DNA of 63,487 nucleotides, the filler included, from Octopus bimaculoides (taxonomy: Eukaryota), in the NCBI RefSeq assembly GCF_001194135.2. It is 6 parts of 6 records of this genome, joined end to end, with 100 filler letters (N's around TTAATTAATTAA, not from the genome) between each part and the next. Parts side by side here need not be neighbours in the genome. Positions count along the whole stretch, not along the records: positions 9,799 to 26,523 come from NC_069002.1; 5 more parts are not named here. One strand, written 5' to 3'. The notes beneath the pieces are model-generated. The model made no database searches. It was given only the letters and a program-made list of their open reading frames with translations, and had not been told where the DNA came from. Positions 12,173 to 24,962 of the stretch are shown here, in pieces. The position numbers and the translations under genes were made by a program. The stretch's first letter is position 1; each line of letters starts with the position of its first letter.

Positions 12173-12790
12173 AGGCAGCGATCTGGTAGGATCTTTTGCA
12201 CGCCAGGCAAAATGCTTAGCAGTATTTCGTCCGTCTGTACGTTTTGAGTTCAAATTCCGCCGAGGTCGACCTTACCTTTCATTCTTCCAGGATTAATAAA
12301 ATCAGTAGCAGTTGAGCACTGAGGTTGATGTAATCGATTAGCCCCCTCCTACAAAATTTCAGGCCTTGTGCTTAAAGTAGAAATGATTATTAAGACGACG
12401 AGTTGACAGAATCGTTAACTCGCTGGATAAGATGCTTTCCGGAATTTCTTTCATCTTTATGTTCGAGTTTACCAATCGAATATTGGGATAGACGTAGTAG
12501 ACTGATATCCTAAATTATGGGCTTTGTGCCAAAACTTGAAACTATTAAGATAGTGAAGGTCAAAAGATCTGGCAGAATCGTCAGAGCATCGAGAATAAAT
12601 GATTTATCGTATTTGCGTTGACTCTAAAAGTCTGAATTTAAATACTACCGACACCAACTTTACATTTCATTCTTCCGGCGTCGTTAAAATAATAAAAAAA
12701 CCGTAAAGTGTTAAGTTTGATGGTACTGACTAACCTCACACCTCTCAAAATTGTTGGCCTTGTACCTAGATTAGAAAGCAATTATATGAC
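12173..12790 (+). mobile_element. Tandem array of three degenerate SINE family A copies
   Basis: Repeated head ggc..gagctggcagaatcgttag (A box) and gagttcaaattccgccgaggtcgac (B box), body gtcgataaa..agtaccagtt, and tail gccttgtg...agtagaaa..attatt. Confidence 0.75.
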
Positions 12791-13382
12791 AGTCACCTGA
12801 GAGAATCATAAGAGAGTCGAAAGATTGTTTCATAGAATTTGTTCTGCCTTTAAAAATCTGAGTTCAAAATCAATCGAGTTCAACAACTTTACGTTTCCCC
12901 CTTCCGCGGTCGATAAAACAGTGTACCAGTCAAGTACTAAGATCAACAATATCGACCAACTTCTTCCCTTCAAAGCTGTTCTTATGCCGAAATCAGAGAC
13001 CGTTTTTGATCTGTGTTTGCTTTCCAAAAATTCTTTACCCTTCAGCTAATGCTGTTTTCATAAATCCAGCAGTTTCATATCTTCAAACAACTACAACCAA
13101 AACAAATCTATGATCCTTTGTATTTTTCTTTCAATACACTTCATATTTATTTTTCCAGTTACATTTACTTAGAAAAGTACATTTGCAAAATAAAACCCTC
13201 CAATATAGAAAGTTTATCTCCTTCATGTCATATTACAAAATAACTTTCTTTACCAACTCTTTCTTCACCAACAGACATTGTTTCTTTCTTTAGTCTCATC
13301 TCTAACATACATACATACACACATTCACGCGCGCGCACACACCACACACACACACACCCAAATGCATATACATACACACACA

Positions 13383-13413
<31 letters not shown>

Positions 13414-13502
13414 GTGCAGACACAGAGGCACGTACACACAAACATGTTTATGTATATCGCCACCTAGATACAAAGAGAGACAGAGATAAATAGATGGAAT
13501 AA

Positions 13503-13543
<41 letters not shown>

Positions 13544-14751
13544 AATAGAAAGACAGGGAGAATGAAAGAGATTACATTTATGTCAACTGGTGATGGTGGT
13601 GAATTTTTAATTTAGCTCAAGGTACTTGTTTTACGCGAGTGACTACTTGCCAGAGCACCACTCTGCTATATATACANNNNNNNNNNNNNNNNNNNNNNNN
13701 NNNNNNNNNNNNNNNNNNNNNNNNNNNNNNNNNNNNNNNNNNNNNNNNNNNNNNNNNNNNNNNNNNNNNNNNNNNNNNNNNNNNNNNNNNNNNNNNNNNN
13801 NNNNNNNNNNNNNNNNNNNNNNNNNNNNNNNNNNNNNNNNNNNNNNNNNNNNNNNNNNNNNNNNNNNNNNNNNNNNNNNNNNNNNNNNNNNNNNNNNNNN
13901 NNNNNNNNNNNNNNNNNNNNNNNNNNNNNNNNNNNNNNNNNNNNNNNNNNNNNNNNNNNNNNNNNNNNNNNNNNNNNNNNNNNNNNNNNNNNNNNNNNNN
14001 NNNNNNNNNNNNNNNNNNNNNNNNNNNNNNNNNNNNNNNNNNNNNNNNNNNNNNNNNNNNNNNNNNNNNNNNNNNNNNNNNNNNNNNNNNNNNNNNNNNN
14101 NNNNNNNNNNNNNNNNNNNNNNNNNNNNNNNNNNNNNNNNNNNNNNNNNNNNNNNNNNNNNNNNNNNNNNNNNNNNNNNNNNNNNNNNNNNNNNNNNNNN
14201 NNNNNNNNNNNNNNNNNNNNNNNNNNNNNNNNNNNNNNNNNNNNNNNNNNNNNNNNNNNNNNNNNNNNNNNNNNNNNNNNNNNNNNNNNNNNNNNNNNNN
14301 NNNNNNNNNNNNNNNNNNNNNNNNNNNNNNNNNNNNNNNNNNNNNNNNNNNNNNNNNNNNNNNNNNNNNNNNNNNNNNNNNNNNNNNNNNNNNNNNNNNN
14401 NNNNNNNNNNNNNNNNNNNNNNNNNNNNNNNNNNNNNNNNNNNNNNNNNNNNNNNNNNNNNNNNNNNNNNNNNNNNNNNNNNNNNNNNNNNNNNNNNNNN
14501 NNNNNNNNNNNNNNNNNNNNNNNNNNNNNNNNNNNNNNNNNNNNNCATACATACCTCATACATACATACATACATACATACATACATACATACATGCATA
14601 CATACATACATACATACATACTAGCATACATACATGTATTCATACATACATGTTTGCATGTATGCATACATAACCATACATACATACATGTAGTCATACA
14701 TACATAGATACATACATACATACATGCATGCATACATACATACATACATAC

Positions 14752-15450
14752 AGGATACTCTATAATGAAATCTGTCGGAAGGGTAACCCCGAGGACAAAG
14801 AAATAAGAACCCACAATATGGTAGAAGCCATAGTCACTCATAATAAAAAGGAATACTGATGGAATGTCCCAGTGGAATGTAAGCACAGAAGAGCTGAAAT
14901 AATGATTTGCGATAGAGAAGAGAGACTGAGCACAGTTGTGGAAATTAGCTGCCCAATGGATATTAACATAAAGCTGAAAATCAGTGAAAAAGGGAACACT
15001 TATGCTGAACTATTGAGAAATCTGCAGTTACACCATCCAGATTACAAGTTCTGGTTTAAACCTGTATTTAGTGGGGCCCATGGATATGTAACACACTGCT
15101 TAAATACCAATCTTGAAAAATTAGGCTTCTCAAAACCAGAAAGGAGAAAGCTGATTCGAAGAGTATAGATCCAATCCATCACTGGAACTGTAAAAATCTG
15201 TAAAACTATCATTTAAATATATATAAGCATGTCTAGATATGCAACTATATACATGAGAATACATACACAAAACAAAACGCACATCTGCACATACACTGAT
15301 CCCATATATTGCACACATGCACACAAACATGCAAAATGCCTCGCTGATGTTTAAAATTCCGATGAGGTAGCCTTGGCTCTCTATTAGAAACCGGCTCTTT
15401 CTGTTTTGGCTTGAAATCTAGAAATTAAACTGAATAATAACATAACATAC
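14752..15450 (+). mobile_element. RLE-type non-LTR retrotransposon 3' fragment (second family), between (CATA)n and (GATA)n
   Basis: Reads CKHRRAEIMICD..STVVEISCPMDINIK..KGNTYAELLRNLQL..PVFSGAHGYV..IQSITGTVKICK, an RLE-type C-terminus. The 3' UTR matches the copy at 39960-40410. Confidence 0.75.
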
Positions 15451-15485
15451 ATTTGATAGATAGATAGACAGATAGACAGACAGAC

Positions 15486-15570
<85 letters not shown>

Positions 15571-16435
15571 GATAGATAGATTAGTACACACATAGCGAAA
15601 GCAGGAATACACACAGGCACAAATCAGACGTGATTAGTTCGTGTCTGTGGCTGTGTGTTTGTGTACGCATGTCTATGATTTTAATTAAAATCTTTTACAA
15701 TTGTATTATTCTAATCAACTCAAAATTAAATTCTATTTTGGCTGACCATTATTTCCCCATACAATTTGTCGTGTGTACTTTTATTGATCTCTATTATTTG
15801 GTATTATTATCTCTATTAGAACTGTTTACTGTAGCTGAGTTTTATATTTTTTTTACTATGTCTGCACATGCTGTGCAACTTGTCTTCGTTGTTGCACACA
15901 TTGTATTATATTTTGACATCCTATATACTGCAGTTCCCTTTTTAAGCTTGGCAAAATTATGGCATAGTATTCAAAGAAAGAAAAATACTAAATTTAAATT
16001 TTTAATTTCTTCCTTTTCTTAATCTAAATTTAACTTCTCTTCGTAATTTGTTGTTTTTGTGTATAGTATCATGGAATGATATTTCAAATCGTAAAAACAT
16101 ACATTATTAACCATCATATTTCCTTGAAATTTTGGTTATTTTCTTAATGTTATTCTATATTGTGTATTGAATATCAACGACTTTATTGTTGCATCTGCGG
16201 CAGACTTATTCATACTACACTTCACTACCTTCAATTACTGATGAAATACCATAGTGTTTCCAATATTTCTTATATAAATTGTCTATAATTACTTTTTTTA
16301 ATTCTTTCTCCCCCCTCCCCCTCTCTCTTTCTCTCTGTCTATCTATCTATCTTTCTCTCTCTCTTTATTTCGCTGTCTATCTATCTATCTTTCTCTCTCT
16401 CTCTCTCGTTCTCTCTCGTTCTCTCTCTCTCTTTT

Positions 16436-16479
<44 letters not shown>

Positions 16480-17091
16480 GTACTTAATTCGTCTTACGTC
16501 TATAGTTGTGCTTTTATTAGCCTATAATTATCTATTATGTCTTCCATTATATTTGACTTAGTCCATACGTCTCCTTGATGTATAAATGTATCTAACAATC
16601 TATCTATGTGTCTATCTATCAATCTATCTATGTATTTATATGTGTATCTGTCTATCTACCTATGTCCTGTGTATGACGCTAAACTGCATCCGCTAGAGGG
16701 GCCGTGATTCGTGAGCTCCGTAGTTTTTAAGTACCACCCTTGTTCCCATGTCTTCACTGATCTGGACTTGTAGCACTTATTAGGGTTCCAGCTATGAGTT
16801 AACTAGCATGTGAACGATAGACGTAAAGACCCATAGGTTTCATTAGAACTCCCTTCTAGGAGGTAAACTCATTAGCGAAAAAAAACCTGAAGTGTAATTT
16901 GTTTCTGACCATTTCGACCCATCTGGAAAACAAATTCACGCTCGAGAACTCGGAATGTTTACGCAGACGTATTGAGTTTAGGATCTGATCTTATACCATC
17001 CACGTATATATTTACATATGCAGGTTGAGGCGACGCATTGAAATATTTCTAAATTCCAACCATGGATTACTATTATCCTTATTGCAATCAT

Positions 17092-17522
17092 AAAAGGGGC
17101 GAGCTGGCAGAAACGTTAGCACGCCGGACGAAATGTTTAGCGGTATGTCGTTCTGAGTTCAAATTCCGCAGAGATCGATTTTGCCTTTTATCTTTTCGGG
17201 GTCGATAAATTGAGCATTATTTGCGTACTGGTGTCGATGTAATCGACTGGCCTCTATCCAAACAAATTTCAGGCCTTGTGCCTAGAGTAGAAAGGATTAT
17301 AAAGGCAGCTAGCTAGCAGAATCGTTAACACGCCGGGCGAATGCTTAGCTGTATTTCGTCCGTCGCTACGTTCTGAGTTCAAATTCCATCGAAGTCGGCT
17401 TTGCCTTTCATCCTTTTTCTGGTCGATAAAATAAGTACCAGTTGAACACTGGAGTCCATGTAATCGATTAATCCCCTTCACCCAAATCCCTGCCCTTGTA
17501 CCTATAGTAGAAAGGATTATTG
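17092..17522 (+). mobile_element. SINE family A tandem dimer
   Basis: Two consecutive copies with A/B boxes and the gccttgtgcctagagtagaaaggattat tail. Confidence 0.85.
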
Positions 17523-18339
17523 CTATTTTTATCCGACATCATATCTGCACAGCTCGCTACAACCCTATAAAACTGCTATTGCAAGAGGCATCATTAATTT
17601 GTAGTCGGCATAATAAAATAAGAGCTTTTATATGCTCACTCAAACGCGTTTCTCGTAAACGAACTTAAAGGATATATATATATGTATGTATTTATGTATC
17701 TATGTATGTATTTATGTATCTATGTATGTTTTTGTGTGTGTATTTATGTATCGTCTGCTGTGTTTGCAATTTCGTTTGCTTTTTTTTTTTCCCTTTATAT
17801 CTTCGTTCACGGTGCTGGTGTACGAGATTTGTTTCCCATTACCTTACCCACTTTTTGTTAACTTCTAAAAAATGTCATTTAAAAACCCTGTTGGTTCAGG
17901 GGTGATTTCACTGATAAATTCGATCAGATCAATCAACCTTAGAGAGGATATCCTGCTGAAATAGTCGAGACTCTTTCTCAACACACTTATCACTTTCGTT
18001 ATACTATAGTTTTGTATAATTTTCTTTCGCCCCCTCAAGGACTGCTTCACAAATGGATATGTTAAGTTATGTCTGACAATTCAACGGACATTTTTATGAA
18101 GGACTTTCATGCTATTTTCACACATAGAAATATGGGACAGAAAAGCTGCCCATATTTTTCACAGACGCTGATGTGGCACTAGCTACGTTAAGCAGATTGC
18201 AATGATGTCCTCATGTAGCTATTTTTTTTATCGTTTTCTTATTTTAGTTACCATTCTGGTTTCCGCCGGAAGACACTGTTAGCTTGTTGTCGAAACGTTA
18301 ATCAAGATTGTTTGTTGCACCCAGGATTTAACTTTCATC

Positions 18340-18812
18340 TTTTATCTTTTACTTGTTTCAGTCATTTGACAGCGGCCATGCTGAAGAGTTTTAGTCGAAC
18401 GAATCGACCCCAGTGCTTTAAATTTTTGAAATCTGGTACTTACTTTAACCGTCTGTTTTGCCGAATCGATAAGTTACGAGGCACGTAAATACACCAACAC
18501 CGGTCATAGGTGGGGGACAAACACACACATACACATATATATATACACGACGGGATTTTTTCAGTTTTTATTTACACACACATATATATGTATTATATAC
18601 ACATGTACACACGTGTGCACACATACACGGACGCGCGCGCGCATATATATACATGACGGGCTTTTTGCAGTTTCTATATACCAAATCCACGAACAAGGCT
18701 CTGGTCGTCACCAAGCTATAGTTAAAGGCACTTGCCCAAAGTGGGGCTGAACCCGGAACCTTGTTGTTGAGTACCAAACATTTTACCACTCGGTCACGCC
18801 TGCCTATACGAT
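18340..18812 (-). mobile_element. SINE family B, full length, with internal TA/CA microsatellite
   Basis: Reverse complement of the 27478-27878 type (ttttacttgtttcagtcatttgac..cggccatgctg ... aacccggaacc..gttg). Confidence 0.8.
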
Positions 18813-19096
18813 ATCTATTCATCTATACGTGTATCCACAATTATATAAACTTTAGTTCTATTAATTATACCAGAATCCCTAATTCTCTGCATGCAGACCA
18901 TTGCGCTTATCAACTCATTTGTAAGAACCTGAAATTCACTATGAATGGTTGATTTGTTTTCAATGTCGTTTATTTTAATTCTTTCGGTGCGTTATTTTCC
19001 GCAAGCAACGTCCTCTGCAGTTACAAAAAGTTTTCAAGCTATAATTAAAAATAAAAATATGTTATATTCATTTAACTTACAATATTTTCACTCACG

Positions 19097-19159
19097 AAGG
19101 CAGCGAGCTGGCACAAACGTTAGCACGCCGGGCGAAATGCTTAGTGGTATTTTGTCTGC
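19097..19159 (+). mobile_element. SINE family A, 5' half (interrupted by a LINE; the 3' half resumes at 22303)
   Basis: aggcagcgagctggcacaaacgttagcacgccgggcgaaatgcttagtggtattttgtctgc, then an abrupt switch to LINE 5' sequence. Confidence 0.8.
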
Positions 19160-22100
19160 TGTGAGTTTTGTTTATTACACGTGTTCGTGGTGAAAATTGC
19201 TGTTTCTTAGTGTTATTATTGATAATAACTGCTGTTTCTAATAACTTCTGTTTCTTGTTAAATTGTTGAAGTTCGTAACTGCTGGAGTTTTTTTCATTTG
19301 AAAACACTAAGTGCTTGTAGAAATCACGCGTTGTTCATTCCCCCGTGGGGTGGGGGAAGAATGTCGTCTAGAGAGAGGCCTACCGTTCGAACAAAAATGT
19401 CTGTTTTTCCTGTTGAATCGAAGAATTGCATGTTGTATGGCGAGGAGCCAACTACGAACAAGGATTCCTCCGAAAATGGAATTTTTGATTCCCCCGTTGC
19501 AAAAAAGAATGACAAAATGTATGAGTTATTTGGAGATGTCTGAAAGCTCGTCAGAACTTTCACTAGAATTCCTGAGTTTGCCAAAAAAACAAAAGTAATG
19601 TGTCCAAAAGAATAATTGATGCACCTAGCATCAAAACTGAACAACCGAAAAAAGAAAAAAAGTTTTGCGTTGGCAGCTGGGGGTAGAACCCGGCTGCTTT
19701 CGACGAATAAGTGTGATTTCATGAAATACAGTGAAATGATGCAAATAAACGATAACGTGGTTAAAATACAACCACCGGAGAAATTACTATTAAAAGAAAA
19801 ACAGAAAACAATAATATTCAAAACTTACTCTTTGCAAAAAAGAAAAATTTAGAAAATTACAGAAGAGAAGATAGATAAGTGCCTGAAGCCAATTTGGAGC
19901 GACATAGTTTATGTGAGAAGAGGCAGGAAATTTGGTACGGTGGAAGTAAGGTTTACCAACAAAGAAATTGCACAGAAACATTCAGTAGAAACTCTGAATA
20001 CAGACGACGTGGCGCTCATCCCCACCTATATGGGGATGAGAACGTCCAGAATTAAAATAACAAGGGTCCCACCGGAAGTGAATCCTATGTAGTTGGTGGC
20101 TGTAGTCTTTATCAAACAGAAAGAGAAAATTACTCTCCTCCCGGCTGCCGCTACCGAAAGCGCTAACTGGACTGGTTAAACAATTAGTCTCCTCATCGAG
20201 GCTGACCCTAAAATAATTGAAGCAATTCTCGAGACAATTGAGATAGGGGAGAAGACCCTCGTGGTGTTTGTTGAGGGCCGAAAACGCCGATGTTTTTTGT
20301 GTGGCCAATTAGGCCACATTCGAAGGAACTGCAAGGAAAATGAGGAAGAGGAGAAAGAAGAAAAAGAGAAAGAATAAGAAAAAGGAGAAAAAGATGAGAA
20401 GAAAACAACAAACAAACGGCAACTCAACCGAGAGCGGCGACTACTACAGAACAACGACCAAAAAAGACTGCCAGAAGAGAAAAAAAGGAGAAAGACATAA
20501 TAGCCTTATACACTAAAGATACTGAGATAATGAGAGACATTCAATTGATTAAGATTGCAAAAAAATATAGATAATCTTTCGGAGAAATTTACCAACTATG
20601 ACGTGTATGAAGTCTCAAATAAGACTCATAGAATTTTACAAAACAAATACCGTGAGACAGTATCATCAATGAGACTGGATTTTAATAATTCTATACTTCA
20701 TGGATTACGAGCCCCGATCCCGCGGGAAAAGAAAAATGTGGAGACCCCCTTGGATGTGATTGTTGCAACGGAAACCCGGGTAAAGGGGCCAAGAGATCTG
20801 CTCCTCCTCCTGAATGACTATGAGATATACNNNNNNNNNNNNNNNNNNNNNNNNNNNNNNNNNNNNNNNNNNNNNNNNNNNNNNNNNNNNNNNNNNNNNN
20901 NNNNNNNNNNNNNNNNNNNNNNNNNNNNNNNNNNNNNNNNNNNNNNNNNNNNNNNNNNNNNNNNNNNNNNNNNNNNNNNNNNNNNNNNNNNNNNNNNNNN
21001 NNNNNNNNNNNNNNNNNNNNNNNNNNNNNNNNNNNNNNNNNNNNNNNNNNNNNNNNNNNNNNNNNNNNNNNNNNNNNNNNNNNNNACATTATGGGCCCGC
21101 AAAGTGGATCTTTTCGTGACCTGGGCAAGTTCCTGGGCAAGTTCCTGGCCACGTCGCATTCGCTAGTATTGTTAGGAGAACAGAAAATGTAACCCAGGCT
21201 TACGGGATCTGCTAAGTCACTTTCAGCTAGCAGACCCATGTAGGTTGGAACACCCGAACACTCCACAGTGGACGTGGTCAAATAGTGACGGGTCTTCCAG
21301 AACATATCTAGATAGGATTTTAATTAGAGAAACAGATAAGTCTATAGCTAAGTGTCCACAGTTTTTCTAGTCAGCTACAGTGACTACAAGATGGTTACCT
21401 GTAAACTGACAATAGATAAGTTACATAGTCAGGGATCTGGCTACTGGAAACTCAATACGTCCCTTTTGGCGATTGAGGAATGCAGAAAGCGGATCAAGAT
21501 GTTAATAGAGAGGGCATTGACAGGTACTATCATTAATAACAAATGGTGGTACGCCCTAAAAAGAGCCATCAAATATGAGTCTATTAAGTTTAGCATAAGT
21601 TTAGCTAAGAATAGGAGATGGTCTAGTTAAGGAACTAGAAAAAGCTTGGAGGACTGGTAATGCAGACCAAGCGGAGGTGAAAAGACTGGAGTTAAACCAG
21701 CATCTTGAAGCCCAACACATGAGAAGTATTACCAGAGTGAAGTTGCGTGCGATGGGAAATGAATGAATCAAGGCCGCTGGATGAGCCCTAGTGGTGGAAG
21801 CTCGGCAAGGAAATAGTTCCACTATTCGGTCTTTGACGAATCAAAATGGTTTCTTGGTAAACGAACCCGAGAAAATGTGTGAGGCCTTTCGGGAGTACTT
21901 CGCCCAGCTGTTCTGGGGTGACAGCGGTCCTGATGGTGGGAGAGCCCTCGAGGACTTTCTTGCCGGGCTGCCGTGTCTCTCGTGGTTGGATGCGGAGTCT
22001 TGCGAAGGGTCAATTACGTCTGGTGAGGTGATGGAGGCTTTGGCCGACTGTAAAGCGGGTAAGTCACCGGGACTTGATGGTCTTCCGTACGAGCTGCATA

Positions 22101-22302
22101 AATGTATGCCAGACTTGTTCGGGCATCTACTGGCTGACGTTTACGCGAACTGTATTGTCCCTGTATTGTTAATTTCATTCGATTTTTTATATTTTATTTA
22201 ATTTTTAAAAGTCACATTTAATGTAAAATCATACCGCATTACTGATCCCATCAGTTGTTCTGTCCATTTCTATGTCTAGCCCCTGGTGGGCAATAAAGAA
22301 AT
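19160..22302 (+). mobile_element. L1/Tx1-clade LINE with both ends present, internally deleted and degenerate
   Basis: ORF1 remnant starts at ATG 19361 and has the CCHC knuckle CFLCGQLGHIRRNC at about 20290. ORF2 APE remnants: HGLR..LDVIVATETRV, RTYLDRILI, SDYKMV, GSGYWKLNTSLL. The RT leader GKSPGLDGLPYEL follows at about 22055. Coding stops at about 22152, then an AT-rich 3' UTR. A 15-bp TSD flanks it: tggtattttgtctgc (19145-19159) and tggtatttcgtccgc (22303-22317). Confidence 0.85.
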
Positions 22303-22925
22303 TGGTATTTCGTCCGCCACTACGTTCTGAGTTCAAATCTCGCCGAGGTCGGCTTTGCCTTTCCTCCTTTCAGGGTCGATAAATTAAGTACCAGTTGAGC
22401 ACTTGAGCCGATATAATAGGTTAGTCCTCTCCCCCAAAATTTCAAGGCCTTATACCTTTCAGTAGAAAGGATTATCAAATAAGGCGATGAGCTGGCAAGA
22501 ATCGTTACCGAGCCGGACGAAATGCTTAGCGGCATTTCTTCCGACTTCACTTTCTGAGTTCAAATGCCGCCGTGTCGATTTTGCCTTTCATCCCTTCCGA
22601 GATCCGTAAAACAAGTACCAGTTGAGCATTGAAGTTGATGTGATCGACTTTTCTCCTCTTCCGAAATTTCTGGCCTTGTGCCAAAATTTGAAACCAATAT
22701 CATTATTCAAGGAGGCGAGCTGGCAGAAGCGTGAGCATGCTGGGTAAAATGCCTGGCAGCACTTCGTCCATCTTTACGTTCTGAGTTCAAATTCCGCCGA
22801 AGTCGACTTAACCTTTCATCCTTTCGGGGCCGATAAAATAAGTACCAGTTATGCACTGGGATCGATGGAATCGACTTATCCCCTCCCCCAAAATTGCTGG
22901 CCTTGTACCAAAATTCCTCGCCAAT
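22303..22925 (+). mobile_element. SINE family A: 3' half of the interrupted copy plus two further tandem copies
   Basis: B box ctgagttcaaatctcgccgaggtcg at about 22328. New heads start at about 22482 and 22710. Confidence 0.8.
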
Positions 22926-23009
22926 ATTTCACAGATGTAAAGTATTTATTAATTTTCATTAACCTTTGTGACATCTTTTAAGTAACACCAATACATGTCA
23001 AACAAATTT

Positions 23010-23172
23010 TTTCTGCTATAGGCACAAGGCCTGAAATGTTTGGTGGGGGGCTTGCCGATTACATCAACCCCAGTCCTCAACTGGTACTTATTTTATCGAC
23101 CGCATAAGGATGAAAGTTAAAGCCGCTAAGCAATTTGTCTGGCGTGCCACCAATTCTGCCAGCTCGCGGTCT
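23010..23172 (-). mobile_element. SINE family A, degenerate, inverted relative to the upstream array
   Basis: ggcacaaggcctgaaa...actggtacttattttatcgac...caattctgccagctcgc is the reverse complement of family A. Confidence 0.7.
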
Positions 23173-24189
23173 TAGATAGCATTTAATGAACTGTCCTGAG
23201 AACTGAAGTTATAAACAGTATTTATTATATTTAATTGTAAAGAAGAACTTTCAGGTTTGTTTGGCAAGAACTTTCATCTTGTATTTCCCAAGACTTTCAT
23301 TTTTGTTTGCCGGAAGTATATTGGTTAGATCTCTCACGTTTGGGAAACCACAAACCTGAATGTATTAACTAATAGGTGTGTGGAAGGGGATCTCCTACTT
23401 AGATCTTTTTGTTTTTCATTTTGCAATATTTCTACTTTTATTCCCAAAACGCACAACCCGAGTAAAAGTCAAAGAACGTAAGATTTTAATGTAAAGTGAG
23501 AGGAATCTCATTGTTAGGTCAATATTTATGACAAACGTAATCGTTTATTGTGTGGCGATATTGCAGCTGCATTGAGAAAAAAAAACTAATGTTCAGAGCC
23601 ATTTCCAGTGTAAATCACATGTCTTTCTATAATAGCCACCCATTTAAATCTGCCGTAAAGCAGTAAAATAAGTCAACTAATATCAAGTCTATGTATCCAG
23701 CATCAGGTTTTTTGCTTTTTCCTTTTATTTGTTCTTGTTTGCTAGAAATGTAGTAAATTTTAAAAACGCCACTAATGCTTCGTTTGAAATTTCTCACTAA
23801 CTCGCAAAAGTAGAAAATAAACATTTTCTGGGATGGTGTGTTGTTGAAAAAACTATTTCTGAGCGTCTGTGGTAGTTTATTTAATGGATTTTCAAACACA
23901 CGTTAGAATATGTCAGCAAATACAAGACTTAGAATTATCAAGCAATGCCATTACGTGAAAATACATGTAATTCCAACTTCATGTAAATTCCATTAAAGAC
24001 TGACTTGGTAATTAATATCTGATTGATTTCTGCCGATAACTTGATGAGCCTACAGATATATTGGACGCACTTGAGTAGTTTTTTGTGCATCTAATATAAT
24101 AAAATTGCGTCAATATATTACATGGCAAATACATGCTGTTTCAACTAGATGCAAATTCAGTTAAAACAGTGACTTGATAATTAATATGG

Positions 24190-24486
24190 TTGCTTCTCAC
24201 AACAATTTGACGATGATAGAAATATAACAGACATAGTGTATCAATAACAGTGAAAACAAAATAGTACATGTCATGGGGAATTAATAGGCGTCAGGTTCAG
24301 TTGACCTGAAATAAGATGCACTGGTGCGGCTCAATTTGCATGGTTATTCATTTATTGCGGCGTGTGAACTGGAGCAACGTAAAATGAAGTGTTTTGTTCA
24401 AAAATACAACACACAATCCGGTCCTGGAAACGAAACCACAATCATGCGATCGGAAGTGCAACGAATTAACACCTAGGCCACGCGCC
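24190..24486 (-). mobile_element. tRNA-derived SINE (family D)
   Basis: The minus strand begins aggcgcgtggcctaggtgtta...ggtttcgtttccaggacc (A/B-box-like), followed by cacttcattttacgttgctccagttcac. The left end is approximate. Confidence 0.55.
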
Positions 24487-24499
24487 TTTCGTAGCAAGG

Positions 24500-24738
24500 A
24501 TAACGTAGTGCGTCAAACGCTTATGTGGAAACAAACATACGGAAGGCGATCTAGGGGTCGTCCTGCAAGGATCCTTACTAACCAACATGTTAAAGACTCT
24601 GGTCTACTGAACAGAGAACCACCAAGAGAAGTGCTAGACAGAGAATTCTGGAAACAAATAGTTGATGGCGTTCGTCGGAGGACAGCGACGTAGAGGTAGG
24701 TGCGGCCCTCTCAGTCTTGCGTTTGAACTCTGTTATGC
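24500..24738 (+). mobile_element. RTE-clade LINE C-terminal fragment
   Basis: Reads VRQTLMWKQTYGRRSRGRPARILTNQ..KDSGL..LDREFWKQIV, resembling the RTE C-terminal G.R.RGRP...W motif. Confidence 0.6.
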
Positions 24739-24931
24739 TNNNNNNNNNNNNNNNNNNNNNNNNNNNNNNNNNNNNNNNNNNNNNNNNNNNNNNNNNNNNN
24801 NNNNNNNNNNNNNNNNNNNNNNNNNNNNNNNNNNNNNNNNNNNNNNNNNNNNNNNNNNNNNNNNNNNNNNNNNNNNNNNNNNNNNNNNNNNNNNNNNNNN
24901 NNNNNNNNNNNNNNNNNNNNNNNNNNNNNNN

Positions 24932-24962
<31 letters not shown>

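Noticed and set aside
15330-15400. Hammerhead-like words (ccgatgagg...gaaacc); also 18265-18300 and GAAACAGCTGTA on the minus strand at about 37762-37773
   Set aside because: The core box is mutated or missing and the stems cannot be formed. The second copy of the RLE 3' UTR reads ccaatgaag at the equivalent site.
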